Part shown: positions 1-8,698 of the stretch, in pieces
Layout of the letters: every line of letters begins with the position of its first letter
How positions within the stretch are numbered: position 1 is the stretch's first letter
IMG/VR virus record: IMGVR_UViG_3300046501_000385
Reading direction: 5' to 3' (one strand)
From: a virus
DNA: 59,632 nt
Translations under genes and position numbers: made by a program
Notes under the pieces: model-generated
What the model saw: only the letters and a program-made list of their open reading frames with translations
Told to the model about the DNA's origin: nothing
Database searches by the model: none

Positions 1-127
1 AGCCCATGAAGCCGATGAGCGAGAACGCGCTGGGTTACCTTCTGAACCGTGCTGGCTACTATCAGCGCCAAGTCCCCCACGGCTTCCGTTCGACCTTCAG
101 CACCATCATGAACGAACGATTCCCCGC
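1..127. repeat. Terminal overlap copy A (identical to 59506..59632)
   Basis: Direct comparison: agcccatgaagccgatgagc...acgaacgattccccgc occurs at both ends. Confidence 0.95.
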
Positions 128-347
128 TGACCGCGCAGTCATCGATTTCATGCTCGCGCACGTGCCGAAGGATAAGGTGGAAGCGGCCTATAACCGATCG
201 CTCTACCTGCAACGCCGCAAGGAGCTGGCGCAGGAATGGGCTGATCTCATCATGGAAGGAGCGCCCAGCGCTCAAGAGCTGCTGAGCGGGCCGCGAAAAA
301 TCCTCAACCCTGAAAACTACCGGCGGCCGAAGAAGGCGGCGGCCTAG
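1..347 (+). CDS. int: Tyrosine integrase, C-terminal part (continues 58557..59632 across the circular junction)
   Basis: ORF 6..347 is in the same frame as the open frame leaving the window end. It has HGFRSTFST (box II H-x-x-R) and the AYNRSLY catalytic Tyr region. Confidence 0.85.
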   Translation, partial: PMKPMSENALGYLLNRAGYYQRQVPHGFRSTFSTIMNERFPADRAVIDFMLAHVPKDKVEAAYNRSLYLQRRKELAQEWADLIMEGAPSAQELLSGPRKILNPENYRRPKKAAA

Positions 348-440
348 TGCATCGCGATCGCGATCCAGACTACGCAGATGAGGAGGGCAACGGCGAGCAC
401 CCTCCCCTGCGGCTTTGCCGCTTCCGTAATGTGCCTTGGC

Positions 441-794
441 CTAAGCTTCGTCATGCCGGCGCCTCCGTCTGCGGTCCGTCACTTGGCCAAGCTCGGCGCT
501 CCGCAGGCGGAACGCCTTCAGGATGATTTCAATGATGATCACCCCGCCGATTCCCATGATGAAACCGCCGACACCGGCTGCTTGTTCCCCAGGCACTTCC
601 AGATGCCCCAGCGCCCATTGAAACAAGGGAACGCCAAGAGGTGCCATGAAGTAGGCCGTGACTGCGCCGACGAACAGGCGACGGAAGCCAGAAACGATCC
701 CGTTCCATTCCATCGCCACCGACACGGCGGAGCCTGCGATGCCTGCAAGCGCAATCTCGCCCTTCCCACTGCTGAGCCAATCAAGGAAGTTCAC
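441..794 (-). CDS. Holin (three predicted TM helices, highly basic C-terminus)
   Basis: 117 aa with three hydrophobic segments and an RRRRRRHDEA tail. GTGA overlap with the spanin gene. Last gene of the lysis cassette. Confidence 0.6.
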   Translation of the reverse strand: MNFLDWLSSGKGEIALAGIAGSAVSVAMEWNGIVSGFRRLFVGAVTAYFMAPLGVPLFQWALGHLEVPGEQAAGVGGFIMGIGGVIIIEIILKAFRLRSAELGQVTDRRRRRRHDEA

Positions 795-1090
795 TTAGGC
801 AATCCCCCTGTGGCTCGCCGAAACTGCTTGTAGCTGTCGATCGTGATCTTGCAGCTTGCAAGCCCTTCATATGAAACGCGTGCGAACTCAGCGAGGTCCC
901 GATCCGATGCGTTCTTTGATGGGACCTTTGGGAGTGCGGGGCTTTGCAACTGGCTCTCCGGATTGTCCTGCGCCTGGTATTCGATCGTCGCGCGGCTGAC
1001 CGTCACCCTGTTGTTGCTCGAAGAGATGCAGCCCGTCGAGGAGAGCGCCAAAAGGAGCGCTGCCGATGCACGCAGTGCTATCCGGAGCAT
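791..1090 (-). CDS. o-spanin (outer-membrane lipoprotein subunit), overlapped with the i-spanin gene
   Basis: 99 aa with a signal sequence ending LSSTGC (lipobox-like). It starts inside the i-spanin gene in another frame and runs past its stop. Confidence 0.55.
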   Translation of the reverse strand: MLRIALRASAALLLALSSTGCISSSNNRVTVSRATIEYQAQDNPESQLQSPALPKVPSKNASDRDLAEFARVSYEGLASCKITIDSYKQFRRATGGLPK

Positions 1091-1376
1091 TTTGGATGTC
1101 CTTTTTTATGCCAGCCATGAAGACGGCGATGTCGCGCTCGGCTTTGGCCTTGGTCCGTTCGGTTGAGAGAAGCGCGTCCTTCTCTGCGACGATTCGATTG
1201 TGGTTGGCCTCGGACACGTCGATATCGGCATTTGCCTCGTAGAGCTTCCGGTCGACGAGAGCCTTTTCGGCCGTCAGGGTGTCGATGGTCTGTCCGCGGC
1301 TGTGGGCCACAAGCCCGGCACCGGCCGAAGCCAGCAGCAGCAGCGCGCACGCGATGATGAGCGCCTTCTGGATCAT
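888..1376 (-). CDS. i-spanin (Rz-like, N-terminal TM plus coiled coil)
   Basis: The internal start MIQKALIIACALLLLASAG gives a TM anchor followed by a charged helical region. ATGA overlap with the endolysin stop at 1373. Confidence 0.55.
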   Translation of the reverse strand: MIQKALIIACALLLLASAGAGLVAHSRGQTIDTLTAEKALVDRKLYEANADIDVSEANHNRIVAEKDALLSTERTKAKAERDIAVFMAGIKKDIQNAPDSTACIGSAPFGALLDGLHLFEQQQGDGQPRDDRIPGAGQSGEPVAKPRTPKGPIKERIGSGPR

Positions 1377-2002
1377 GCCGCGTTCTTCAGCGCCATGTAG
1401 AACGCCTTGGCATAGCCCGCGACCTTCTCGGCACTCTCGACGCCGTTGATGATGCGGCGGGCATTCACCCAATCGGTGTTGTTGCTGTTGAAATAGTCGG
1501 CGAGGCTCTTGCCGGTGAACAGCCCGTCGCGCATGCCGACGAACATGATATCAACCGCCACCTGGCTTTCCATGGCGCGGTCTGGATCGGCGACGAGATC
1601 GGCACCGACAGCTTTGCCGAGAATTTCATAGTTGCGCTTGTGGGTGAGTTGGACGAGGCCGCGGCCGAGCCACGACTTGCCGTCAGCATCCTTGCGCCAA
1701 TAAGGGCTTTTCACCCAGGGCAATTGACCCGTTGCGAAAGCCTTATCAAGAATTGCGATGGCAGCGTTGTCGTTCGCGGCTTTTGTTTCGCGGACTGGCT
1801 GCATCGTGCGGGCCGTCTCGTGAAACGCGGTCGCAAGCTCATAGGCCAGCCAGCGAGGATCCTGCTTGAACTTTGCGTCCTCGGCCAGAATGGCATTGAT
1901 GCCGGCAACCTGCGACGACGACATGCTGCCGCGAAAGAGGCCGCCGTCCTCGCGGATTGTGTCGAAGAAAAGCTTGGGATTTTTCAGCGCTGTCGCGGTC
2001 AT
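1373..2002 (-). CDS. Endolysin, glycoside hydrolase family 19 (chitinase-like) type
   Basis: 209 aa with HETA...GRGLVQLTHKRNY motifs typical of GH19 phage lysins. It heads the lysis cassette. Confidence 0.8.
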   Translation of the reverse strand: MTATALKNPKLFFDTIREDGGLFRGSMSSSQVAGINAILAEDAKFKQDPRWLAYELATAFHETARTMQPVRETKAANDNAAIAILDKAFATGQLPWVKSPYWRKDADGKSWLGRGLVQLTHKRNYEILGKAVGADLVADPDRAMESQVAVDIMFVGMRDGLFTGKSLADYFNSNNTDWVNARRIINGVESAEKVAGYAKAFYMALKNAA

Positions 2003-2004
2003 CA

Positions 2005-2116
2005 GTGCAGCTCCGTTGAAGAAGCTGCACCTCTTGCGCAGTCACCGGTTCAATATCATGTGCCGGTTATTGCAACAACACGCTATTTCCAGTATTTAGA
2101 GCGTGACTGCGCAAGA
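2005..2116. promoter_or_regulatory. Divergent control region: 8-bp-stem hairpin (2005..2030) and 14-bp perfect inverted repeat (2032..2045 / 2103..2116)
   Basis: gtgcagct-N10-agctgcac lies next to the endolysin ATG. tcttgcgcagtcac and gtgactgcgcaaga flank 57 bp between the lysis and capsid genes. Confidence 0.35.
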
Positions 2117-2151
2117 CGTGCTGATTGTCCTCACTCAGGAGATTGGCACTC

Positions 2152-3249
2152 ATGGCCCCAGTTACCGTCGGCTTTGGTGATCCCAAGGCGCAGAAAAAGT
2201 GGTCCGGCAACCTCTTCATCGCGACATTCGCGAAGAGCTACTGGGACCGCAAGTTCATCGGCGAAAGCGACGAATACGCGATCCAGCGTCTTACCGATCT
2301 GGAATCGGACGCCGGCGACACCATCACCTTCGACCTTTCCGTTCAGCTACGCGGCAAGCCGACATACGGCGACAACCGTCTGCAGGGCAAGGAAGAAAAC
2401 CTTCGCTTCTTCTCGGATCAAATCCTCATCGACCAGATGCGCCACGGCGTTTCTGCTGGCGGCAAGATGAGCCGCAAGCGCACGGTCCACAACATCCGCA
2501 AGATCGGCAAGGACCGCCTGTCCGACTACTGGTCCAAGTTCATCGACCAGATGATCTTCATTTATCTCGCCGGCGCCCGCGGCATCAACGAGAACTTCAT
2601 TGAAGACACGAGCTGGACCGGTCACGCGACCAACCCCATTCAGGCTCCCGACACCGACCACATCCTCTACGGCGGCGACGCAACCAGCAAGGCATCGATC
2701 GACGCGACGGACAAGATTTCGCGTGGCCTGATCGAAAAGGCTGGCACGAAGGCAAGCATGATGGCTGCCGTCGCACCTGAGAACGCGCAGATGATGCCGC
2801 TGATGATCAACGGCGAATCCCACTACGTCTGCGTCATGAGCAAGTTCCAGTCTTATGACCTGCGCACCAACGATCAGGGCGGCTGGCTGGAAATCCAGAA
2901 GGCTGCAGCAACGGCCGAAGGGCGCAACAACCCGATCTTCAAGGGCGGCCTCGGCATGATCAACAACGTCGTGCTTCACGAGCACGAGGACGTGATCCGC
3001 TTCTCCGACTTCGGCGCTGGCGGCAACGTGAACGCTGCTCGTGCCCTGTTCATGGGACGCCAGGCAGGCGTCGTGGCCTTCGGCTCGACCGGCGGCTTCC
3101 GCTTCACATGGACTGAAGAAATGCAGGACCACGGCAACGAACCCGTGATCTCCGCAGGCGTGATCGCTGGCGTCAAGAAGACGCGCTTCAACGGCAAGGA
3201 CTTTGGCCTTCTGGCGCTGGACACCGCCGCAAAGGACCCGAACTCGTAA
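2152..3249 (+). CDS. Major capsid protein (N4 gp56 / DUF4043-like family)
   Basis: N-terminus WSGNLF...SYWDRKFIGE...LTDLESDAGDTITFDL...GDNRLQGKEENLRFFSDQILIDQMRHGV matches my memory of the DUF4043 capsid pattern. AGGAG precedes ATG 2152 (the track start 2125 is TTG). Confidence 0.75.
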   Translation: MAPVTVGFGDPKAQKKWSGNLFIATFAKSYWDRKFIGESDEYAIQRLTDLESDAGDTITFDLSVQLRGKPTYGDNRLQGKEENLRFFSDQILIDQMRHGVSAGGKMSRKRTVHNIRKIGKDRLSDYWSKFIDQMIFIYLAGARGINENFIEDTSWTGHATNPIQAPDTDHILYGGDATSKASIDATDKISRGLIEKAGTKASMMAAVAPENAQMMPLMINGESHYVCVMSKFQSYDLRTNDQGGWLEIQKAAATAEGRNNPIFKGGLGMINNVVLHEHEDVIRFSDFGAGGNVNAARALFMGRQAGVVAFGSTGGFRFTWTEEMQDHGNEPVISAGVIAGVKKTRFNGKDFGLLALDTAAKDPNS

Positions 3250-3254
3250 GTCAG

Positions 3255-3287
3255 GCGCGCGGCTCTCGGGCCGCGCTTTCTCTTTCC
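3255..3287 (+). terminator. Rho-independent terminator after the capsid gene
   Basis: gcgcggc-tctcgg-gccgcgc stem followed by tttctctttcc. Confidence 0.6.
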
Positions 3288-3329
3288 AGTTAGCGCGCTC
3301 CGGCAGTCGGAGTTTACAGGAGAAAATCA

Positions 3330-3782
3330 ATGGCGCTCATTCAGAGCAAATATGCAAAGGGCCTCATCATCCCGCCTTTCCCGGCCTTCGCCGGCGGCGT
3401 TGTTGCACACCGCTTCTTTCATGACTTCGCAGCAGCACCGGCCCTCAACGATATCCTCGAGCTCGCCCTCATCCCGGCGGGAGCCCGCGTCGTCGACATG
3501 ATCGTTGACACGGACGATTTGGATAGCGGCACAGCCCTGCTTTTCGACATCGGCATCATGTCCGGTGCGTGGCAAGAGAACAACGGCGCGCGCACCGTCG
3601 GCGCCGAGTTCTTCTCGGGCCTGAACCTCGGCCAGGCTGGCGGCAGCGCTCGCCCAACGCTCAAGACGGCGTTCCGCACTGTAAGGACCGGCGCCGATCG
3701 ATCCATCGGCGTAAAGATCGCGACCGCAGCGGGAACGTTCGTTGCTGGCCAGATCGGCTTGACCCTTCTCATCGAAGGGTAA
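3330..3782 (+). CDS. Virion protein, candidate abundant head-associated (decoration-like) protein
   Basis: 150 aa, SD caggag upstream, bracketed by two terminators directly after the capsid gene. No recognised motif. Confidence 0.5.
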   Translation: MALIQSKYAKGLIIPPFPAFAGGVVAHRFFHDFAAAPALNDILELALIPAGARVVDMIVDTDDLDSGTALLFDIGIMSGAWQENNGARTVGAEFFSGLNLGQAGGSARPTLKTAFRTVRTGADRSIGVKIATAAGTFVAGQIGLTLLIEG

Positions 3783-3807
3783 GCGGCACCCGCTTTCAGC
3801 TTTGAAA

Positions 3808-3843
3808 GGGGGCTCTGTATTTCCGAGCCCCCTGTTTTCTTTC
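3808..3843 (+). terminator. Strong Rho-independent terminator
   Basis: gggggctc-N9-gagccccc perfect 8-bp stem followed by tgttttctttc. Confidence 0.7.
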
Positions 3844-3854
3844 AGGGGAGACAC

Positions 3855-4112
3855 ATGCCGCTAATTCAGTGCAAGCTTGGTCCAGCCCAGCCCGTCGTCG
3901 GCGACAACACTTACGACTTTCGCGTGGACAAGCACGGCCGCTACGTGGCCGAAGTCCACAACATCACTCACATGACCGTTTTGCTTTCGGTGGAGCACTA
4001 CATCATTGCTCCTGAAATTCAGGAAGCTCAGGCCGAACCGGCAGCCGACGCCACGCCACCCCAGCCGACGCGCACTCCCGTTGTTCGCCGCGACAAGCGT
4101 CGAGGCAACTGA
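3855..4112 (+). CDS. Hypothetical virion-module protein
   Basis: 85-aa ORF, SD caggggag upstream, TGATG coupling to the next gene. Confidence 0.5.
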   Translation: MPLIQCKLGPAQPVVGDNTYDFRVDKHGRYVAEVHNITHMTVLLSVEHYIIAPEIQEAQAEPAADATPPQPTRTPVVRRDKRRGN

Positions 4113-4795
4113 TGTTCGCAAGCGCCATCATCTCGAGCGCCGCCATCCTCCTCCTCGATGAGGAGCATGTGCGCTGGCCGCTGGCTGAACTCGCCGGCTG
4201 GCTGGATGAAGGCGTGCGCGCGATTGTGGTAGTAAAGCCCTCCGCGTCGAGTGTGACGATGACGCTTACGCTGGAGAAAGGAACCAAGCAGAAGCTGCCC
4301 GATGATGCCAGCATCCTTCAGCTGCTCGATATCCTCCGAAACGTCGAAGGTATCAACGGTGCAGCCGGCCGCGCCATTAGGTCAGCATCGCGCGCCGAGC
4401 TCGATTCCAACCAGCCGCGCTGGCACGATCCATCCTACGTCCCTTTCCGCAAGGAGGTCCGGCAGTTCGTCTTCGACGCAGGCCTGCCGCGCGAATACTT
4501 CGTGTACCCGGGCAATGACGGCACCGGCCAAGTGGACGCGGCTGTGGCGAAGCTGCCGGAGACCATCGTCGATCGTCATGAGGGCGATGAAACGTCCTTG
4601 GCAACATGGGAAATTGAGGTCGGGATCGCCGATCAGTACCAGCCGGCGTTGCTTGACTATGTGATGTACCGCGCCTTCAGCAAGGAAGATCCTGCGGCTT
4701 CGCCGCAACGCGCCGTCACGCACTACCAGGCATTCGCAACCGCCATCGGTCTCCGCTCTCAGGTCGAGAGCGCGACGAGCCCGGGGAGGAAGTAA
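4112..4795 (+). CDS. Hypothetical head-completion/adaptor-like protein
   Basis: 227-aa ORF in the structural operon. Called from position only. Confidence 0.45.
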   Translation: MFASAIISSAAILLLDEEHVRWPLAELAGWLDEGVRAIVVVKPSASSVTMTLTLEKGTKQKLPDDASILQLLDILRNVEGINGAAGRAIRSASRAELDSNQPRWHDPSYVPFRKEVRQFVFDAGLPREYFVYPGNDGTGQVDAAVAKLPETIVDRHEGDETSLATWEIEVGIADQYQPALLDYVMYRAFSKEDPAASPQRAVTHYQAFATAIGLRSQVESATSPGRK

Positions 4796-5422
4796 ATGAC
4801 GCGAATGCTCGACATCGACGACTTCCTGCCGGAAGTGTTGCGATACGCTCCGAACGCCAGCGATATCGTCGCACAGCGCCATATCCTGATGGCAGCACGC
4901 GAACTCTGCTCCCGCCTGAAAATCTGGCGCGAGAGCGATAGCTTCCCGATCACCGCACCGGACATGCAAGGTGTCTGCACCATCAGGGATGCCGACATCG
5001 AGCGCATCGAAGCAGCTTTTCTCGATGGTGTCGCACTTGAGCCAAGGACCGTTGCTTGGCTCGACGCCAACGACCCCACTTGGTCGATCACGGAGGATTC
5101 GAGCGGCGCCGCCCGCTACGTAACCCAGCTCGAGCCGAACACGGTCACCGTCGTTCCTCGCGCCACCGGGAGCATGAGCATCCGTCTGATTCTGAAGCCA
5201 GCACGTGATGCTCTGTCACTGCCGGCGTTCCTGCTCAACGACTATGCAAATGAAATCGGCCGTGGTGCCGCCGGAGCAATCCTTACGGACCCCAATTCCG
5301 ACAATCCGCAGCTGGGCCTCGATCATCGTTCGTGGTTCGAGGGGCGGCTCGACTATCTGGCAACCAAGGCAGCCAAAGGCCAGCAAGGCGCCCGGCTCCG
5401 CACAAAGGGAGCATATCTCTGA
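4796..5422 (+). CDS. Hypothetical head-tail joining-like protein
   Basis: 208-aa ORF immediately after the previous stop. Called from position only. Confidence 0.45.
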   Translation: MTRMLDIDDFLPEVLRYAPNASDIVAQRHILMAARELCSRLKIWRESDSFPITAPDMQGVCTIRDADIERIEAAFLDGVALEPRTVAWLDANDPTWSITEDSSGAARYVTQLEPNTVTVVPRATGSMSIRLILKPARDALSLPAFLLNDYANEIGRGAAGAILTDPNSDNPQLGLDHRSWFEGRLDYLATKAAKGQQGARLRTKGAYL

Positions 5423-5838
5423 TGCCCGCTAGCACTTATCTCGGCAACGCATTGCTCAACCAGTTCCTACGCGGCGTCGCGGTAACGCCCCCGACGCGGG
5501 TCTATGTGTCGCTTCACACGGCCGATCCAGGCGACGCCGGTGCAAACGAAGTCACAACCGTCGCGTGGCCCGCTTACGTTCGGCTCGACGCTGCACAGGG
5601 CGGCGCGATTGCTACGGGTTTTGGCGCAGCTGCGGCGAAATTGAGCGCCAATCTCAAGGAAATGCTTTGGGCTGCCAATAACGGTGCCAGCCCAGTCACA
5701 GTGACGCATTTCGGCATTTGGGATGCCGCCACCGGTGGAAACCTGCTGTTCCATGACGCGCTTTCGTCGTCAAAAACGTATCAGCCGTCGGATGAAGGCG
5801 TGCTGCACGCCGGCGCGCTCGAAGTCGAGGTGGATTGA
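5422..5838 (+). CDS. Hypothetical virion protein
   Basis: Internal ATG at 5422 overlaps the upstream TGA (TGATG). 138 aa beginning MPASTYLGNALLNQFLRG. Confidence 0.5.
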   Translation: MPASTYLGNALLNQFLRGVAVTPPTRVYVSLHTADPGDAGANEVTTVAWPAYVRLDAAQGGAIATGFGAAAAKLSANLKEMLWAANNGASPVTVTHFGIWDAATGGNLLFHDALSSSKTYQPSDEGVLHAGALEVEVD

Positions 5839-6350
5839 TGTTGTCCCACGGCTCGATCAACGGCAGCGAAATGAATGCGCTCGCGATCGATGCGGGCACC
5901 TTCGTGCTTGAGATGGATTCGGGCGTCACGGTCTCGATTGCCTCCGAGGCTGTCGTGATCCCCCGCCGAGGCATGGGCGCCGACATTTCGGTCTTGGTCG
6001 ACTTTCAGGCTGGATTGCTTCGCCGTGTCACCCCACACGCGCATGGTTTCACCGCCCTGGATGCTACATGTGTCCTGCTTCGCCGCCCCGTGCTCGTCGC
6101 AAAAATCAACATCGCAGCCAGCATGGAAATGTTGTTGGTCCGACGGGTGTCGAACGAGTTTGCGGTATCTGTCCGATTCGTCGGCAGAGCTACCCCTGCG
6201 TGGCGGGCACTACGCGCCACCCAGCCGGCACGCATTGTCAGAGTGTCGGACTACAGGCTGGTTTCCGTGATGCGTGAGGACCGCTCCGTTTTGATCGGTC
6301 CGGAACGCCGCGCCGTTGTCGTGCCGCTGGATCGGGAGGCGATTCAATGA
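5838..6350 (+). CDS. Hypothetical virion protein
   Basis: ATG 5838 overlaps the upstream stop. 170 aa. Confidence 0.45.
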   Translation: MLSHGSINGSEMNALAIDAGTFVLEMDSGVTVSIASEAVVIPRRGMGADISVLVDFQAGLLRRVTPHAHGFTALDATCVLLRRPVLVAKINIAASMEMLLVRRVSNEFAVSVRFVGRATPAWRALRATQPARIVRVSDYRLVSVMREDRSVLIGPERRAVVVPLDREAIQ

Positions 6351-6625
6351 GCGTCGACGTCATCACCAAGGCACCGACTGACCTTCTCGATTTCGATTTC
6401 AATTTCAGCCGCTGGCTGCCATCCGGCGACCGCATCACCAGCGCCGATGCCCTGCTGCAGGGAACGACCGCAGTAGTCGATCATATCGATAGTTCGGACG
6501 CGGTTGCCCGAATCTGGATCGCTGCTGGCGCCGATGGCGACCACGGCGCTGTTACCGTTACTATCTCGACCCTTCAGGGTCGAACCAAGCAAGTCTCCGC
6601 AATCCTCAAAATCAGGGAGCCTTGA
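6347..6625 (+). CDS. Hypothetical small virion protein
   Basis: 92 aa, ATGA overlap with the previous gene. Confidence 0.5.
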   Translation: MSVDVITKAPTDLLDFDFNFSRWLPSGDRITSADALLQGTTAVVDHIDSSDAVARIWIAAGADGDHGAVTVTISTLQGRTKQVSAILKIREP

Positions 6626-6626
6626 G

Positions 6627-8165
6627 ATGGCTTTAAAGGTTGCCAACAACGCCGTTTCAACTCTTGCTGGCGCTATCACGGCCGGCGACACCAGCCTCAG
6701 CGTGGCGTCGGGAGATGCCTCGAAATTTCCGACGTTGGGTGCCGGGGACTGGTTCCCCCTGACGATTGTCGACGCCAGTGCAAACTTAGAGATTGTGAAG
6801 GTCACCGGGCGTGCTGGCGCGATTCTTACAATTGTGCGCGGGCAGGAAGGCACCACAGCACGATCCTTTGCAGCTGGCTCAAAGTGTGATCTGCGCCAGA
6901 CTGCCGCCGCGATCGACGCGAAGGTGGATGTCAGTGCCCTCGACACTGACGGCACGCTGGCTAACAATAGTGACCAAAAGGTCGCGACGCAGAAAGCTGC
7001 GAAGTCTTATGTCGACACAGCAATAAGCGCAATCAAAGGCGGCGTCTCTTCGGCATTTGACACGCTTGCCGAGATTGCGACGGCACTCACGACGTTGCTT
7101 CCCTTGGCCGGCGGCACGATGGCCGGCGACATCGATATGAATGGGAATGACCTCCGTAAGCTCGCTACCCTCAACGATGGTCCTCTCGGTGGCCTTCGAA
7201 ACAAGCTTTTAAATGGTGATTTCTATTTCTACGAACGCGCTTCGGCGCAAAGCATTGCTCCGACGACAGGGGTATCGGTTGCGGCAGGGGCGAGCGCTTA
7301 TGTGCTTGACCGCTGGCGAATTACCAACAACACCAATCAAGCTGTCGTGATTTCACAGCAACTCCATACGTTGGGCCAATCCGGCGTGCCGGGGTCGCCA
7401 AAATTCAAAATGCGTGCTGCATTTGCGACAGCACCGACCTCTGGAACTCTCCGTGTTGCCCAACGCGTCGAAGGTTCTGATACATTGTCTGGATCTGCTG
7501 CATCAGCTCGCGGGTATTTCACAGGCCCGGCAGGCGCCGAAGTGCTGGCGTGCGAAATTGTTCAAAACTTTGGAACGGGAGGCTCACCATCACCTTCCGT
7601 GACGACAGGGGCAGCTTCCCTCGATGTTGCCACGATCTACAACGCCGCTACACAATCCAGAAAAGCCCTGTTTGCGATCCCCACTATCGCCGGTAAGACG
7701 CTCGGAACAAGCGGCGATTATCTTGAGTTAGCGTGGACGCTGACACCGCGCCAGGCGGGAAACTACGAGCTATCGCATATGTCGCTAGTGGAAGGCGACG
7801 CCTCAAGCGAAAGCGATCCTTTCAGTCCTCGCCCAAATGTACTGGAACTGGCTCTGATCCGCCGTTACTTTTGGTATGAATTTGTCGTGGCTAAAGCTTC
7901 AAGACGCACCATTGATGCAAACGGCGCGTTGGGATTTAGCTACAATTTTCCAGTACGAATGAGAGCTCTCCCGGCACTCGGTTACGTCGCGAATTTAGGA
8001 TGGGCGGATGGGGAGGCTCAGTATGTCTTCACGACCGGCATAACTTTTGGGCGCATCCACATCAGCGGATTTAGCGGTGCTGGCGGTTTACCGTCCGGCA
8101 TCGGAAGCACTGTAAACGCCACATGGGTAGTCGGCGTTCCTGTTTATGGCGACGCGGAGCTTTAA
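6627..8165 (+). CDS. Tail fibre / receptor-binding protein
   Basis: ATG 6627 with SD agggag. The N-terminus MALKVANNAVSTLAGAITAGDTSLSVASGDASKFP...IVKVTGR...LTIVRGQEGT is typical of phage fibre N-domains. The C-terminal half looks divergent. Confidence 0.65.
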   Translation: MALKVANNAVSTLAGAITAGDTSLSVASGDASKFPTLGAGDWFPLTIVDASANLEIVKVTGRAGAILTIVRGQEGTTARSFAAGSKCDLRQTAAAIDAKVDVSALDTDGTLANNSDQKVATQKAAKSYVDTAISAIKGGVSSAFDTLAEIATALTTLLPLAGGTMAGDIDMNGNDLRKLATLNDGPLGGLRNKLLNGDFYFYERASAQSIAPTTGVSVAAGASAYVLDRWRITNNTNQAVVISQQLHTLGQSGVPGSPKFKMRAAFATAPTSGTLRVAQRVEGSDTLSGSAASARGYFTGPAGAEVLACEIVQNFGTGGSPSPSVTTGAASLDVATIYNAATQSRKALFAIPTIAGKTLGTSGDYLELAWTLTPRQAGNYELSHMSLVEGDASSESDPFSPRPNVLELALIRRYFWYEFVVAKASRRTIDANGALGFSYNFPVRMRALPALGYVANLGWADGEAQYVFTTGITFGRIHISGFSGAGGLPSGIGSTVNATWVVGVPVYGDAEL

Positions 8166-8167
8166 CA

Positions 8168-8698
8168 ATGATTGACATCATCGGCCGCAACTCAGCGGGA
8201 TACATCGTTTGCATTATCGACGGTGAAACAATCACCGTTCCAGATGATGCTGGAAACAGACATCGCCAGTTGATCGCCGAATGGGAAGACGCAGGGAACA
8301 TAATTCCCGAATACTCGTCACCGGCGCCGACGCTGAGCGAAGTGGACGTAGAACGAGACCGCCGGATCGGGGCGGGGTTTATCTTCCAGGGCGCTCTCTT
8401 CCAATCCCGTACAGAAGACCGTGAGAATATCATGGGCGCATCGACGGCGGCTCTTGCGGCAATTGTGTCGGGGGCACAGACGGGCGACTATCGCTGGCAT
8501 GGCGGGGATAGTGATTTCCAATGGATCGACGCCGCAAACGTCATGCATCCGATGGATGCGCAGACGATGTTCGTGTTCGGCAAAGCGGCGATGACGCATA
8601 AGCAGGCGCATATCTTCGCCGCCCGCGCCATTAAGGACATGTCACCGACGCCTGCCGATTTCGCAACAAATCCAACCTATTGGCCCACGGTGGTCTAA
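8168..8698 (+). CDS. Tail-fibre accessory protein (DUF4376-like)
   Basis: 176 aa from MIDIIGRN. The C-terminal pattern DRRIGAGFIFQGALFQS...ENI...MHPMDAQTMF...HKQAHIFAAR resembles DUF4376 proteins found next to fibre genes. Confidence 0.5.
   Translation: MIDIIGRNSAGYIVCIIDGETITVPDDAGNRHRQLIAEWEDAGNIIPEYSSPAPTLSEVDVERDRRIGAGFIFQGALFQSRTEDRENIMGASTAALAAIVSGAQTGDYRWHGGDSDFQWIDAANVMHPMDAQTMFVFGKAAMTHKQAHIFAARAIKDMSPTPADFATNPTYWPTVV

Noticed and set aside
382-405. ggaggg-N12-ccctcc hairpin between the convergent int and holin genes as a terminator
   Set aside because: It has only a 6-bp stem, a 12-nt loop and no T-run on either strand. That is too weak to call.
378-833. 151-aa plus-strand ORF (and the 529..780 and 539..784 minus-frame ORFs) over the holin locus
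   Set aside because: The 441..794 minus frame gives a textbook three-TM holin coupled to the spanin genes. The alternatives are Arg/Cys-rich with no membrane or other features.
6627-8165. Tail-fibre gene as the target of a diversity-generating retroelement
   Set aside because: No reverse transcriptase gene and no template-repeat copy of the fibre 3' end is visible anywhere in the genome.
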